Positions 18,998 to 27,845 of a stretch of 32,000 nucleotides of DNA are shown here, piece after piece (position 1 is the stretch's first letter; each line of letters begins with the position of its first letter). The notes below the pieces were generated by a model. The model did no database searches, was not told the origin of the DNA, and saw only the letters and a list, made by a program, of their open reading frames with translations. The DNA comes from Breznakia blatticola (GTDB taxonomy: Bacteria > Bacillota_I > Bacilli_A > Erysipelotrichales > Erysipelotrichaceae). The stretch covers positions 30,001-62,000 of the forward strand of contig NZ_SODD01000002.1 of the NCBI RefSeq assembly GCF_004365815.1. Direction: 5' to 3'. The position numbers and the translations under genes are program-made.

Positions 18998-20591
18998 ATT
19001 ACTACTTATTGTGTTATGTATTGTATGTACTTTGCCATTTGGTAAAGTACATGCAAAAACAAACGATACCAATCCTTTAGAAGCATGGAAACATGAAGCA
19101 ATCATAACACCAAGTGTCGATCAATTGTTGCCAGCTGGGCCTATTCAAATTAGTTTTAAAGGTTTGCAGGATGGACAATTATCAATTGACTCATATGAAG
19201 TGTATGTTGATGGTGCATTAGTAGATACACTGCCTCATAAAGATAAAGATATCTACAAAGTTGAGTATTATACAACTGAGGTAAATGTTCATACGATTCA
19301 AGTGATTGCAATTAGTGATGATGCATTTCGCTTGTTGTCCAATCAACGAAGTTTTGCGGTTTCAAAAAAAGGTTTAGGAATCGCAAAAGGTGTACAACCA
19401 GACGATTTAAAGCTTTCATGGTATTACAATTGGGATAAAGAACCCAGTTTGCCAGAAACAAGTACGCTAGATTATATTCCAATGATTTGGAGTAATTATA
19501 CAGGTAGTGAAACGTGGTTGAAAGAAATGTCTAGTACATATCATACGGTATTAGGATTTAATGAACCAGATCTTGCAGTCCAAGCAAATTTATCTCCCAA
19601 AGAAGCGATTGCATATCAACATCATTTTACGGAAAGTGGCTTACGCATTGGAGCTCCTGTTGTGACTTGGAAACCTACGGAAAGTGCTTGGTTTTTAGAG
19701 TACTTAGAAGGTATTGATATGGATGAGATTGATTTCATTCCAATTCACGTATACTTTGATTGGGGAGATGCAAATATGGCCAATCTTCTTTTTGAGGTAA
19801 TTGATGAAGCTTACGAAAAGTGGAAAAAACCAATATGGGTAACTGAATATAGCCTTGCTGCGGATTGGGGTGGATATCGTCCTGGTAACTTTGAAAACGA
19901 AAGTTATACAAAAGAGTACATGGAAACAACAATTCGTGGTATGGATGAAAGAGCATATGTGGAACGATATGCATGGTTCTCATTTGGTATAAATGACCAA
20001 CAAGGAGGAGCAACTGCATTATATGATGAAGCAAATGGTTCGCTCACAAATCTAGGTAAATTCTATAAATCGTTAGGTAATCCAAAAAATAGTAGTGCAA
20101 TGACAGGTGATACATATTTTACCCAAATTGGATATTATAAAGATTTAGAGACATGGATTGAAAAATCACAGCAGTTAAAAGCAAATGACGATTATGCTAA
20201 TTATGTAAATACTAGTGATTTTGAGTTGATCTTACAAGAAGCAATTTCCTTTACTTTGGAAGTCGAAATTAGCGAGCAAGTACGTATTGATGATATGTGC
20301 AACCGTCTACAACTTGCATATAAAGCTGTAAAAAAGGTTGATGAACCAAGTGAAAATAAACCAAACAAACCAAGTGATGATCAAGAATCTCAAAAACCAA
20401 ATAAAGATCATTCTACATCTGATATCCAAGATGAAATAAATCTACCAGCAATTGCAAAAGATGATAATGTAAATGCTAAATCAGTATCGACTGCAGATAC
20501 AACTCAATTTGAACTCTATGTTGGATTAATGGGTTGTAGTATGCTATTGGTTGGATACATATTATATAAAAGAAAAAGAGAATTACTTTAA
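18984..20591 (+). CDS. Cell-surface glycoside hydrolase, clan GH-A 'glycosyl hydrolase catalytic core' (PF11790/GH128-like) with N-terminal Ig-like region and C-terminal sorting-like anchor
   Basis: Signal peptide 'CIVCTLPFGKVHA'. 'SWYYNWD', 'LGFNEPD' (acid/base NEP), 'PIWVTEYS' (nucleophile TE) and 'ERYAWFSF'. The C-terminus has a hydrophobic helix followed by 'KRKRELL'. The start overlaps the upstream stop by 14 nt. Confidence 0.7.
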   Translation: MKRIKLLLIVLCIVCTLPFGKVHAKTNDTNPLEAWKHEAIITPSVDQLLPAGPIQISFKGLQDGQLSIDSYEVYVDGALVDTLPHKDKDIYKVEYYTTEVNVHTIQVIAISDDAFRLLSNQRSFAVSKKGLGIAKGVQPDDLKLSWYYNWDKEPSLPETSTLDYIPMIWSNYTGSETWLKEMSSTYHTVLGFNEPDLAVQANLSPKEAIAYQHHFTESGLRIGAPVVTWKPTESAWFLEYLEGIDMDEIDFIPIHVYFDWGDANMANLLFEVIDEAYEKWKKPIWVTEYSLAADWGGYRPGNFENESYTKEYMETTIRGMDERAYVERYAWFSFGINDQQGGATALYDEANGSLTNLGKFYKSLGNPKNSSAMTGDTYFTQIGYYKDLETWIEKSQQLKANDDYANYVNTSDFELILQEAISFTLEVEISEQVRIDDMCNRLQLAYKAVKKVDEPSENKPNKPSDDQESQKPNKDHSTSDIQDEINLPAIAKDDNVNAKSVSTADTTQFELYVGLMGCSMLLVGYILYKRKRELL

Positions 20592-20599
20592 TTCGTCAA

Positions 20600-20641
20600 G
20601 AATCAGTACATATATATTTATAATGTATTGATTCTTTTTTT
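20600..20641 (+). terminator. Rho-independent terminator after the surface-hydrolase pair
   Basis: A 12-bp stem gaatcagtacat / atgtattgattc (one G-U) followed by T7. Confidence 0.75.
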
Positions 20642-20736
20642 GTGATTATACGTGTTATGTGAATTAATAGTCTTTTTCGTTGCGTAAACAGTGAAAATCA
20701 TCTATATTAAGATAGCGATATATAAGGAATGAAATT

Positions 20737-21639
20737 ATGCAAATAGAAACATTTAAAAACTATCTTGATGCACATAATCTTGATTATGAACAACAAGTTT
20801 CTTTAAAAGAATATACAACATTACATATTGGTGGAAATGCCACATTTTTTTGTGCACCTCGTTCAAAAGAGGAAGTAAAAATGCTAATTCAACAAGCAAA
20901 GGCTTGTGATATTCCATATTTTATTTTAGGAAATGGAAGTAATGTATTAGTGAGTGATGATGGATATGATGGAATCATTATTTATTTGAAAAAACATATG
21001 CATCAAATTTGGCATGAAAATCAAAAAGTATTTGCACAAGCAGGTGCAATGCTTTGGGATGTTTGTGAGTACGCATATAATCAAGTACTTACAGGTTTAG
21101 AGTTTGCCTATGGAATACCAGCAAGTGTTGGTGGTGCGACTTTTATGAATGCAGGAGCCTATGGTGGAGAACTAAAAGATGTACTTGCAACATGTATTAC
21201 GGTTGATGAAGACGGAAATTTTCATGAATATACAAATGAAGAAATGGAATTTGCCTATCGTCACTCACGTTTGAGTGGTACGCCTGAAATTGTTTTAGAG
21301 ATTTCGATTCAATTAGAAACAGGAAAAGCAGATACAATACGTGCACGTATGGATGAGTTATGGGAAAAACGTCAAAGCAAACAACCATTAGATAAACCAA
21401 GTGCAGGTAGTACTTTTAAACGACCCGTTGGAGGATATGCTAGCGCACTAATTGATGAAGCAGGTTTAAAGGGTTTTGTCTTAAAAAGAGCGATGGTATC
21501 AGATAAACATGCAGGTTTTGTGGTCAATCATGATGGTGCAACGTATGAAGAGTTCATTGAACTAATTGAACACATTAAGAAAACAGTGAAAGAACATAGT
21601 GGAATATGTTTAGAAGAAGAAGTACGAATACTAAAATAG
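20737..21639 (+). CDS. murB: UDP-N-acetylenolpyruvoylglucosamine reductase
   Basis: 'YTTLHIGGNA', 'ILGNGSNVLV', 'GAYGGE', 'PSAGSTFKRP'. Length is typical at 300 aa. Confidence 0.92.
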   Translation: MQIETFKNYLDAHNLDYEQQVSLKEYTTLHIGGNATFFCAPRSKEEVKMLIQQAKACDIPYFILGNGSNVLVSDDGYDGIIIYLKKHMHQIWHENQKVFAQAGAMLWDVCEYAYNQVLTGLEFAYGIPASVGGATFMNAGAYGGELKDVLATCITVDEDGNFHEYTNEEMEFAYRHSRLSGTPEIVLEISIQLETGKADTIRARMDELWEKRQSKQPLDKPSAGSTFKRPVGGYASALIDEAGLKGFVLKRAMVSDKHAGFVVNHDGATYEEFIELIEHIKKTVKEHSGICLEEEVRILK

Positions 21640-21646
21640 GAGTTTT

Positions 21647-22474
21647 ATGAACGCAAAAGAGATGAATAATAGTTTATTAAAAACATATCGTAAAGATGTT
21701 TTTTCCAAATTTATGAAAGCAATACGTGATTACAAACTGATTGAAGAACATGATGTGATTGCAGTTTGTATTTCTGGTGGAAAAGATAGCATGATTATGG
21801 CAAAGTGCTTTCAACTTTTAGCACGTTTTAGTGCGATACCTTTTGAAGTAAAATACTTAGTGATGGATCCAGGGTATTCACCAGCAAACAGAGAAATGAT
21901 TGTTCATAATGCGAAACGTTTAGAAATTCCAATTGAAATTTTTGATTCAAAGATTTTTGAGTCTGTCGAACATATTGAGAAAAATCCATGTTACTTATGT
22001 GCAAGAATGCGTAGAGGCTATTTATATCGCTTTGCCAAAGAATTAGGATGCAATAAAATTGCATTGGGACATCATTATGATGATGTCATTGAAACAACTT
22101 TGATGAATCTGTTTTATGCAGGTGAAGTGCGTACCATGATGCCAAAATTACACGCAACAAACTTTAAAGGGATGCAATTGATACGTCCACTGTATTTAGT
22201 TAGAGAAGATGATATTCTTGCATGGAAAGATTATGTAGGAATGGAGTTCTTACAATGTGCATGCAGGTTTACGGAAGATATTGAAAAAGCGGATCACGAG
22301 CATAGTAGTAAAAGAAAAGAAGTGAAACAATTGGTTAAAGAACTACATCAAAGTAACCCATACATTGAAAGTAATATCTTTCATAGTATGAGTAATGTAA
22401 ACCTAGATAAAGTACTTGCATATTATGATGATGAACATGAAGTTTCATTCCTAGATACGTATAATGATAAATAG
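21647..22474 (+). CDS. PP-loop ATPase, TtcA-family tRNA thiolation-type enzyme
   Basis: PP-loop 'CISGGKDS', Cys motifs 'NPCYLCARMRRG' and 'LQCACRF', and 'ALGHHYDD'. Confidence 0.8.
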   Translation: MNAKEMNNSLLKTYRKDVFSKFMKAIRDYKLIEEHDVIAVCISGGKDSMIMAKCFQLLARFSAIPFEVKYLVMDPGYSPANREMIVHNAKRLEIPIEIFDSKIFESVEHIEKNPCYLCARMRRGYLYRFAKELGCNKIALGHHYDDVIETTLMNLFYAGEVRTMMPKLHATNFKGMQLIRPLYLVREDDILAWKDYVGMEFLQCACRFTEDIEKADHEHSSKRKEVKQLVKELHQSNPYIESNIFHSMSNVNLDKVLAYYDDEHEVSFLDTYNDK

Positions 22475-22504
22475 ACTGTTAGCAATTTTGTTAGCAGTTT
22501 TTTT
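22475..22504 (+). terminator. Rho-independent terminator after the murB/PP-loop ATPase pair
   Basis: A 10-bp stem actgttagca / tgttagcagt (two G-U) with loop attt, followed by T6. Confidence 0.65.
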
Positions 22505-22535
22505 GTGTTCATTTTAAATTTATAATAATGTATTA

Positions 22536-22568
22536 TTGACAATAGTGTGTGTCACACAGTATACTGTG
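22536..22568 (+). promoter_or_regulatory. Sigma-A-type promoter with overlapping palindromic operator for the PadR operon
   Basis: TTGACA (22536-22541), an 18-nt spacer, then TATACT (22560-22565). A perfect 14-bp palindrome cacagtatactgtg (22555-22568) covers the -10. A GTGTG-T-CACAC repeat lies in the spacer. Confidence 0.55.
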
Positions 22569-22584
22569 ATTGTGAGGTGAAACT

Positions 22585-22929
22585 ATGAGTACAAAAGACT
22601 TACTTGCAAGTTATATTACCGAATTACGTAGGGGAAGTTTAATTATGGCAGTATTGGGATGTCTACATAAACCCCAATACGGATATGAATTATTGCAAAC
22701 GTTGAAACAAAAAGGAATAGAGATTGAAGCAAATACACTGTATCCACTTTTAAGAAGACTCGACAAACAAGGAGTGTTACAAAATGAATGGGATACAAGT
22801 GAAAGTCGACCACGTAAATACTATGTGATCAGTAGTGAAGGAGAACGCTTGTTTCAAGAATTGGTCAACGAATGGAATTTGATGCAACAAAGTATGGAGG
22901 GAATTATTCATGAACAAGAAGAAAAATAA
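22585..22929 (+). CDS. PadR-family transcriptional regulator
   Basis: 'GYELLQTL...EANTLYPLLRRLDKQGVLQNEW...RPRKYYVIS' winged-helix signature. Confidence 0.9.
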   Translation: MSTKDLLASYITELRRGSLIMAVLGCLHKPQYGYELLQTLKQKGIEIEANTLYPLLRRLDKQGVLQNEWDTSESRPRKYYVISSEGERLFQELVNEWNLMQQSMEGIIHEQEEK

Positions 22930-23962
22930 TCGTATTGAACGATATGTGTATGATGTAGTACGACGTTTACCAGAAAGTGAACGCGAAGATGTGTGTAAAG
23001 AATTAGAAGCGAATATTTATGATATGTTGGCAGATGATGCAAGTGACGAAAATATTAAAGAAGTACTGTATAGCATGGGAAATCCTGCGAAACTAGCTGA
23101 AGAGTATCGACAAAAACCTAAATATTTAATATCACCAGCAATCTATGAAGACTATATTCATGTTATGAAGATTGTGATTCCAGTTGTGGCAATTGCACTT
23201 GCAATCATTGGTGCAATTCAAGGAGTTTTCCAAGTGTTAGCTGTTGATCAACAAACATTAAGTGCAGCATTAGTTTTTAAAAAAGTTATTGGACATGCGA
23301 TTGGATTAAGTGCTTCTGCAGTTGTACAAGCATTAGTTTGGACAACCGTTGGATTTGTTATTTATGAAAGAACAAGTCTAAAAAAAGGGGAAGTGGATTG
23401 GAGTGTTGATGATTTACCTGAAGTTCCAAAAGAGAAAACAAAGTCTATTCCATTAGCAGATATTATTGCAGAATTAATTATTGGTGTGATCTTTATTGTT
23501 GCTGTGATTTTGATTTTTGGTAATTACTTACCTTTCGAAGTTGCAATTTATGAAGATGGTTTACTTCAAACCGAAATATTTGCAAAATCATTTGTTAGTG
23601 TACTTGTACCCATGCTTGTAATTATGATGGCAATCTCAATGGTTGAATCTATTGTGAAGCTAATCTATCGCCATTGGAATATCAAAGTTTGTATCGTAAG
23701 TATCATAAGTCATGTAGTTGGATTATTTTCATGGCTATATATATTAGGACAACCTAAGATTTTTAGTAACACATTTTTTAGCTATGTTGCAAAACATGAT
23801 ATAGATCTTAATGCATTTATGCGTGTTGGAAATCGTGGGTTTGAAAATTCGATTATCCTAGTTTTCACAACGATTGCAATTATTGGTGCTTGTGTAGGTA
23901 TTGCTATTGCAATTGTTAAAACATACATGTACTATCGTGCAAAAAATAAGCAAATTGCATAA
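22910..23962 (+). CDS. Membrane protein with N-terminal HAAS/DUF1700-like domain (PadR partner sensor)
   Basis: 'IERYVYDVVRRLPESEREDVCKELEANIYDML' is typical of DUF1700/HAAS. At least 5 TM segments. 20-nt overlap with the PadR gene. Confidence 0.7.
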   Translation: MNKKKNNRIERYVYDVVRRLPESEREDVCKELEANIYDMLADDASDENIKEVLYSMGNPAKLAEEYRQKPKYLISPAIYEDYIHVMKIVIPVVAIALAIIGAIQGVFQVLAVDQQTLSAALVFKKVIGHAIGLSASAVVQALVWTTVGFVIYERTSLKKGEVDWSVDDLPEVPKEKTKSIPLADIIAELIIGVIFIVAVILIFGNYLPFEVAIYEDGLLQTEIFAKSFVSVLVPMLVIMMAISMVESIVKLIYRHWNIKVCIVSIISHVVGLFSWLYILGQPKIFSNTFFSYVAKHDIDLNAFMRVGNRGFENSIILVFTTIAIIGACVGIAIAIVKTYMYYRAKNKQIA

Positions 23963-24051
23963 AGTTCTTGCCAGTTGGTTGTTTTTAAATGAGTAATATA
24001 TTATAGTTGTTGTGCAAGGATGCAATACATAAATAGTGGAGGATGAAGAAA

Positions 24052-24768
24052 ATGAAAATTATCGTATGTAAAGATAGCAATGAAGTAGCAAAAAAAGCTT
24101 ATGAAGTAATGAAAGATGTTGTTGTAAATAAACCAAATGCAGTTTTAGGATTAGCAACAGGTTCAAGTCCAATCGGATTATACAACGAAATGATCGCAGA
24201 TTATAAAGCAGGAAATGTTTCTTATAAAGATGTAAGTTCATTTAACTTAGATGAATATGTTGGGATTCCGAAAGATCACCCAGAAAGTTACGAAACATTT
24301 ATGCACAAACAATTGTTTGATCACATTGACATTAATCCAGCAAATACACACCTACCTTATGGTGATACACAAGCCGACTGTGATGCTTATGAAAAAGCAA
24401 TGTCTGATGTTTCAGTAGATATCCAAGTATTAGGTATTGGACGTAACGGACACATTGGATTTAATGAACCAGGAACTTCATTTGATTCATTAACACACAT
24501 TGTCGATTTACAAGAAAAAACAATTGAAGATAATGCACGTTTCTTTGATGGAAACATGGACTTAGTTCCTAAAAAAGCAATCACAATGGGTATTGCAACA
24601 ATCATGAAAGCGAAAAAAATCTTACTTGTTGCGACAGGTGAAGGAAAAGCTGATGCAGTTGCTGCAATGAAAAATGGACCAATCACAGAAGATATGCCAG
24701 CTTCAATTTTACAAAAACACGATGACTGTGTCGTATTTGTTGATGAAGCAGCAGCAAGCAAATTATAA
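24052..24768 (+). CDS. nagB: Glucosamine-6-phosphate deaminase
   Basis: 'LGLATGSSP', 'FNLDEYVG', 'GIGRNGHIGFNEPG'. The ATG at 24052 is 9 nt from the ggagg RBS, whereas the tracked ATG at 24043 abuts it. Confidence 0.92.
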   Translation: MKIIVCKDSNEVAKKAYEVMKDVVVNKPNAVLGLATGSSPIGLYNEMIADYKAGNVSYKDVSSFNLDEYVGIPKDHPESYETFMHKQLFDHIDINPANTHLPYGDTQADCDAYEKAMSDVSVDIQVLGIGRNGHIGFNEPGTSFDSLTHIVDLQEKTIEDNARFFDGNMDLVPKKAITMGIATIMKAKKILLVATGEGKADAVAAMKNGPITEDMPASILQKHDDCVVFVDEAAASKL

Positions 24769-24862
24769 AATATGTTTAGGGAAGTTATAAAATACTTCCT
24801 TTTTTATTAACTTTTGTGGCATTACGTTCGCATGAAATAATGATAGGTGGTATAATACGAAT

Positions 24863-25699
24863 ATGGTAAAAGCAGTGGTTATGGATTTGGATGGTACATT
24901 GTTGACAAGTGATAAAATTGTATCAATTCCAACAAAAGAGAAATTGAATTGGCTTGCAGAGAAGAAAGGTGTCACTCTTGTATTGGCAAGTGGTAGAACC
25001 AAAAGTCGTATGAAAGATGCAGCTGAAGCAATTCAACTTGAGCAACATAACGGGATGCTTATTGAATCCAATGGTGTAGCTTTATATAACTATAAAGATG
25101 ATAGTCATAAGATTATTCGTAAAATGCACGATGAAGAACTTGCTGAAATTGTAAGAACCCTGCAAAAATACCATTGTGAAATCCTCATTATGGGGGATGA
25201 AGATGTCTTTATTATGTTGCCTGAGGGTGTCAAAGAATCATACTATATTACACAAAATAGCAATATGGAGGGAATGCGTAATCGTGAGTTCTTCTTTATT
25301 GACTCAATTGATCAAGTTACACAAAAAGTTAATAAGATCTGTGTGTACAATCGTAGCGATAAAATTGAAGCTTTATTGGAAACATTAAAAGACGAAACAT
25401 TCCAATATGACTATTGGATGGGTCGTGCTTTACCTGAGTGGCTAGAAATTATGCCGGATGGTGTAAGTAAAGGACATGCGTTACAAAAGTTGATGGAAAT
25501 CAACAATTGGAATGAAGATGAAGTTGTTGTATTTGGCGATGGTGAAAATGATTTGTCAATGTTGGAAGTTGTAACATATTCAGTGGCAATGGACAATGCG
25601 ATGGATATTGTAAAAGATGTCGCAAATTATACAACAGCGAGTAATGATAGCGATGGAATCGTAGAATTTTTCAATGATAAGGAGGAGGAATTATTATGA
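24863..25699 (+). CDS. Cof-type HAD-IIB phosphatase
   Basis: 'VVMDLDGTLL' (motif I), 'ASGR' (motif II), 'FGDGENDLSM' (motif IV). Confidence 0.88.
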   Translation: MVKAVVMDLDGTLLTSDKIVSIPTKEKLNWLAEKKGVTLVLASGRTKSRMKDAAEAIQLEQHNGMLIESNGVALYNYKDDSHKIIRKMHDEELAEIVRTLQKYHCEILIMGDEDVFIMLPEGVKESYYITQNSNMEGMRNREFFFIDSIDQVTQKVNKICVYNRSDKIEALLETLKDETFQYDYWMGRALPEWLEIMPDGVSKGHALQKLMEINNWNEDEVVVFGDGENDLSMLEVVTYSVAMDNAMDIVKDVANYTTASNDSDGIVEFFNDKEEELL

Positions 25700-26004
25700 A
25701 AATTGTATCAGGTAGTGACTTTGAAAAAGAAATTGAACAAGGATTAGTATTAGTTGACTTTTATGCTGACTGGTGTGGACCATGTAAAATGCAAACACCT
25801 GTATTAGAAGAAGTACAAAACGAACTTCAAGATCAAGTAAAAATTATCAAATTGAATGTTGATAATGATCCAACAATTGCGCAAAACTATAATGTTATGT
25901 CAATTCCAACATTAGTATTATTTAAAAATGGTACAGAGTTTGCGACAACTGTAGGTTTCCAAGCAAAACCTCAATTAATCGAATTCATTAATAAAGGAAA
26001 ATAA
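25696..26004 (+). CDS. trxA: Thioredoxin
   Basis: 'FYADWCGPCKM' active site and 'SIPTLVLFKNG'. 102 aa. ATGA overlap with the upstream gene. Confidence 0.92.
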   Translation: MKIVSGSDFEKEIEQGLVLVDFYADWCGPCKMQTPVLEEVQNELQDQVKIIKLNVDNDPTIAQNYNVMSIPTLVLFKNGTEFATTVGFQAKPQLIEFINKGK

Positions 26005-26007
26005 AAT

Positions 26008-26853
26008 ATGAAAGTAATGAAAAGGATAGGTAAAATACTTATCGTTTTCTTGCTTCTTGTAGCATGCGTGTATGGAATTTATAAAGTTAGGGTTTCCACT
26101 TCTGGAAACCTTAATGTTTTAATTGTTGGAGTTGATGCAAGAGAAGGAGAAAGTGTCTCACGATCGGATTCCTTGTTGCTTGCTCATGTAAATAAGGATC
26201 ACAAAATAGTGGATCTAATTTCCATTCCTCGTGATTCATATGTATACATACCAGCAGTTGAACGTGAAGATAAAATAAATCATGCACATGCATATGCAGG
26301 AATAGAGGGAACTATCGAAACAGTAGAATTATTGTTCGATATAAAAATAGATAAATATGTAGAAGTGGATTTCACAAAGATGATTTCTTTAGTGGATACA
26401 CTTGATGGGATTGATTTGACGCCAACCGCAACATTTTGCGAGCAAGATGAAAACGATCAAGCAGATAGCTATTGTTTCACAGAAGGTGTCAAAGAACATA
26501 TGGATGGTAAAAATGCGTTAGCTTATGCTAGACATAGAAAAAGTGATAGTGATTTTGCAAGAGCTGGACGCCAACAAGAAGTGATTAAAGCTATGGTATC
26601 GACTGTGAAAAGTGCAGGTGTACCAAAGATGTTTAACTTTTATCAAGATGTCACGAAAATATCGGATACAGACTTTGGTTTGTGGGATATTACAGGATAT
26701 GCAGATATGGCATTTCATGAATTTAGCTTAAATCAAAGTGTTGCTGAAGGTGTGGGTGGTTTATTTTACGAGCCATATGCAGGACAAGAATCATGGCTTT
26801 TCTATATAGATGAAACATGGCTTGAACAAACAAAAGAAATGTTGCAGGAATAA
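26008..26853 (+). CDS. LytR-CpsA-Psr (LCP) family cell-wall polymer transferase
   Basis: N-terminal TM, 'LIVGVDAREGE..SRSDSLLLAHVN', 'ISIPRDSYV', 'YARHRKSDSDFARAGRQQEV'. Confidence 0.88.
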   Translation: MKVMKRIGKILIVFLLLVACVYGIYKVRVSTSGNLNVLIVGVDAREGESVSRSDSLLLAHVNKDHKIVDLISIPRDSYVYIPAVEREDKINHAHAYAGIEGTIETVELLFDIKIDKYVEVDFTKMISLVDTLDGIDLTPTATFCEQDENDQADSYCFTEGVKEHMDGKNALAYARHRKSDSDFARAGRQQEVIKAMVSTVKSAGVPKMFNFYQDVTKISDTDFGLWDITGYADMAFHEFSLNQSVAEGVGGLFYEPYAGQESWLFYIDETWLEQTKEMLQE

Positions 26854-26870
26854 GAGCCTGCAACTTTTTT
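26841..26870 (+). terminator. Rho-independent terminator overlapping the LCP stop codon
   Basis: gttgcagg / cctgcaac stem with an 8-nt loop, followed by T6. Confidence 0.75.
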
Positions 26871-26923
26871 GATGTTTTCGCACATTTCGGTTTATAATAG
26901 AATCATGTTAGAGGAACTAAACA

Positions 26924-27817
26924 ATGAAAATGAAAAATAAGAAAATATTTTGGGTACTTGGTCTTACTGTGACAATCGTATTTTTATTTACCGCAAATCT
27001 TCATGCAGAAGTTGGAAACACTGGTGGTTTTGGCGGCGGTGGTTCTGGCGGATCTGGCGGAGGCTGGTCTGGTGGTGGAAGCTACGGTGGCGGCGGTGGC
27101 GGTTCCAGTTTCTTTATGTTTCCATTCTTTGGTGGAGGGATTTGGCAAGTTATCATCTTTTTGGTAATTGCATTATTTCTTTACCAGATGCGAAAAGGTA
27201 AAGTACAAGGAACATCGTCACATCCATATCAAAGACAACAAACATCTGTGGATGAAGCTAGTGCAATTGCGAAAGTACAAGCAATTGATCCGAATTTCTC
27301 AGCTGAGAAATTTAGAGGATGGGTTGGCGAGTTATATGTAACTTTACAAGAAGCGTGGGAAGCAAAACACTGGCATACGGTTCGTCCATTTGAAAGTAAT
27401 GCACTATTTAATATGCACAATAAACAAATGGAAGAATACATTGCAAAACAAATTACAAATAAGTTGGATAACCAAGAAGTACGTGATGTGAAAATCGCTG
27501 ATTTTAGAGTCGATGGAGACCAAGAGGTCTTAACGGTTCAAGTACATGCATTTTGTACGGACTATACAGTTGATGATACGACAGGAAAAGTTCTGTTTGG
27601 AAATCCAAATCGCTTAGAAGAACGTTATTATCGCTTTGAGTTTATTCGCAAAGCAGGTGTTAAAACAAAAGTAGAAGCAGATGGATTGGTACCAACAAAC
27701 TGTCCAAATTGTGGAGCTCCAACCAAAGTAACAAGTAGTGGAGAGTGTGAGTACTGTGGCTCTGTCATTACACGTGGTGATTACGGTTGGGTATTAAATG
27801 TCTTTAAAGCTTGGTAG
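26924..27817 (+). CDS. Type-I membrane protein: signal peptide, Gly-rich ectodomain, TM, cytoplasmic Tim44-like domain with embedded zinc ribbon (paralog A)
   Basis: Signal peptide '...FTANLHA|EVGNTGGF'. A run of 'GGGGSGGSGGGWSGGGSYGGGGGGSS'. TM 'IWQVIIFLVIALFLY' followed by 'RKGK'. 'CPNCGAP...GECEYCGS'. The family call (Tim44-like, as in YdjG/H-type Psp partners) is from memory of the fold family. Confidence 0.7.
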   Translation: MKMKNKKIFWVLGLTVTIVFLFTANLHAEVGNTGGFGGGGSGGSGGGWSGGGSYGGGGGGSSFFMFPFFGGGIWQVIIFLVIALFLYQMRKGKVQGTSSHPYQRQQTSVDEASAIAKVQAIDPNFSAEKFRGWVGELYVTLQEAWEAKHWHTVRPFESNALFNMHNKQMEEYIAKQITNKLDNQEVRDVKIADFRVDGDQEVLTVQVHAFCTDYTVDDTTGKVLFGNPNRLEERYYRFEFIRKAGVKTKVEADGLVPTNCPNCGAPTKVTSSGECEYCGSVITRGDYGWVLNVFKAW

Positions 27818-27845
27818 ATATACGTGTTTATAAAGAGGGAAGTTT

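Noticed and set aside
24387-25002. Minus-strand ORFs of 124 aa and 79 aa
   Set aside because: They are antisense to nagB and to the nagB-Cof intergenic region/5' end of the Cof phosphatase gene. Composition is typical of shadow ORFs in AT-rich genes.
26950-27201. 83-aa W/R-rich + strand ORF
   Set aside because: It is an alternative-frame artefact of the GC-rich Gly-codon run (ggt/ggc repeats) within the 26924-27817 gene.
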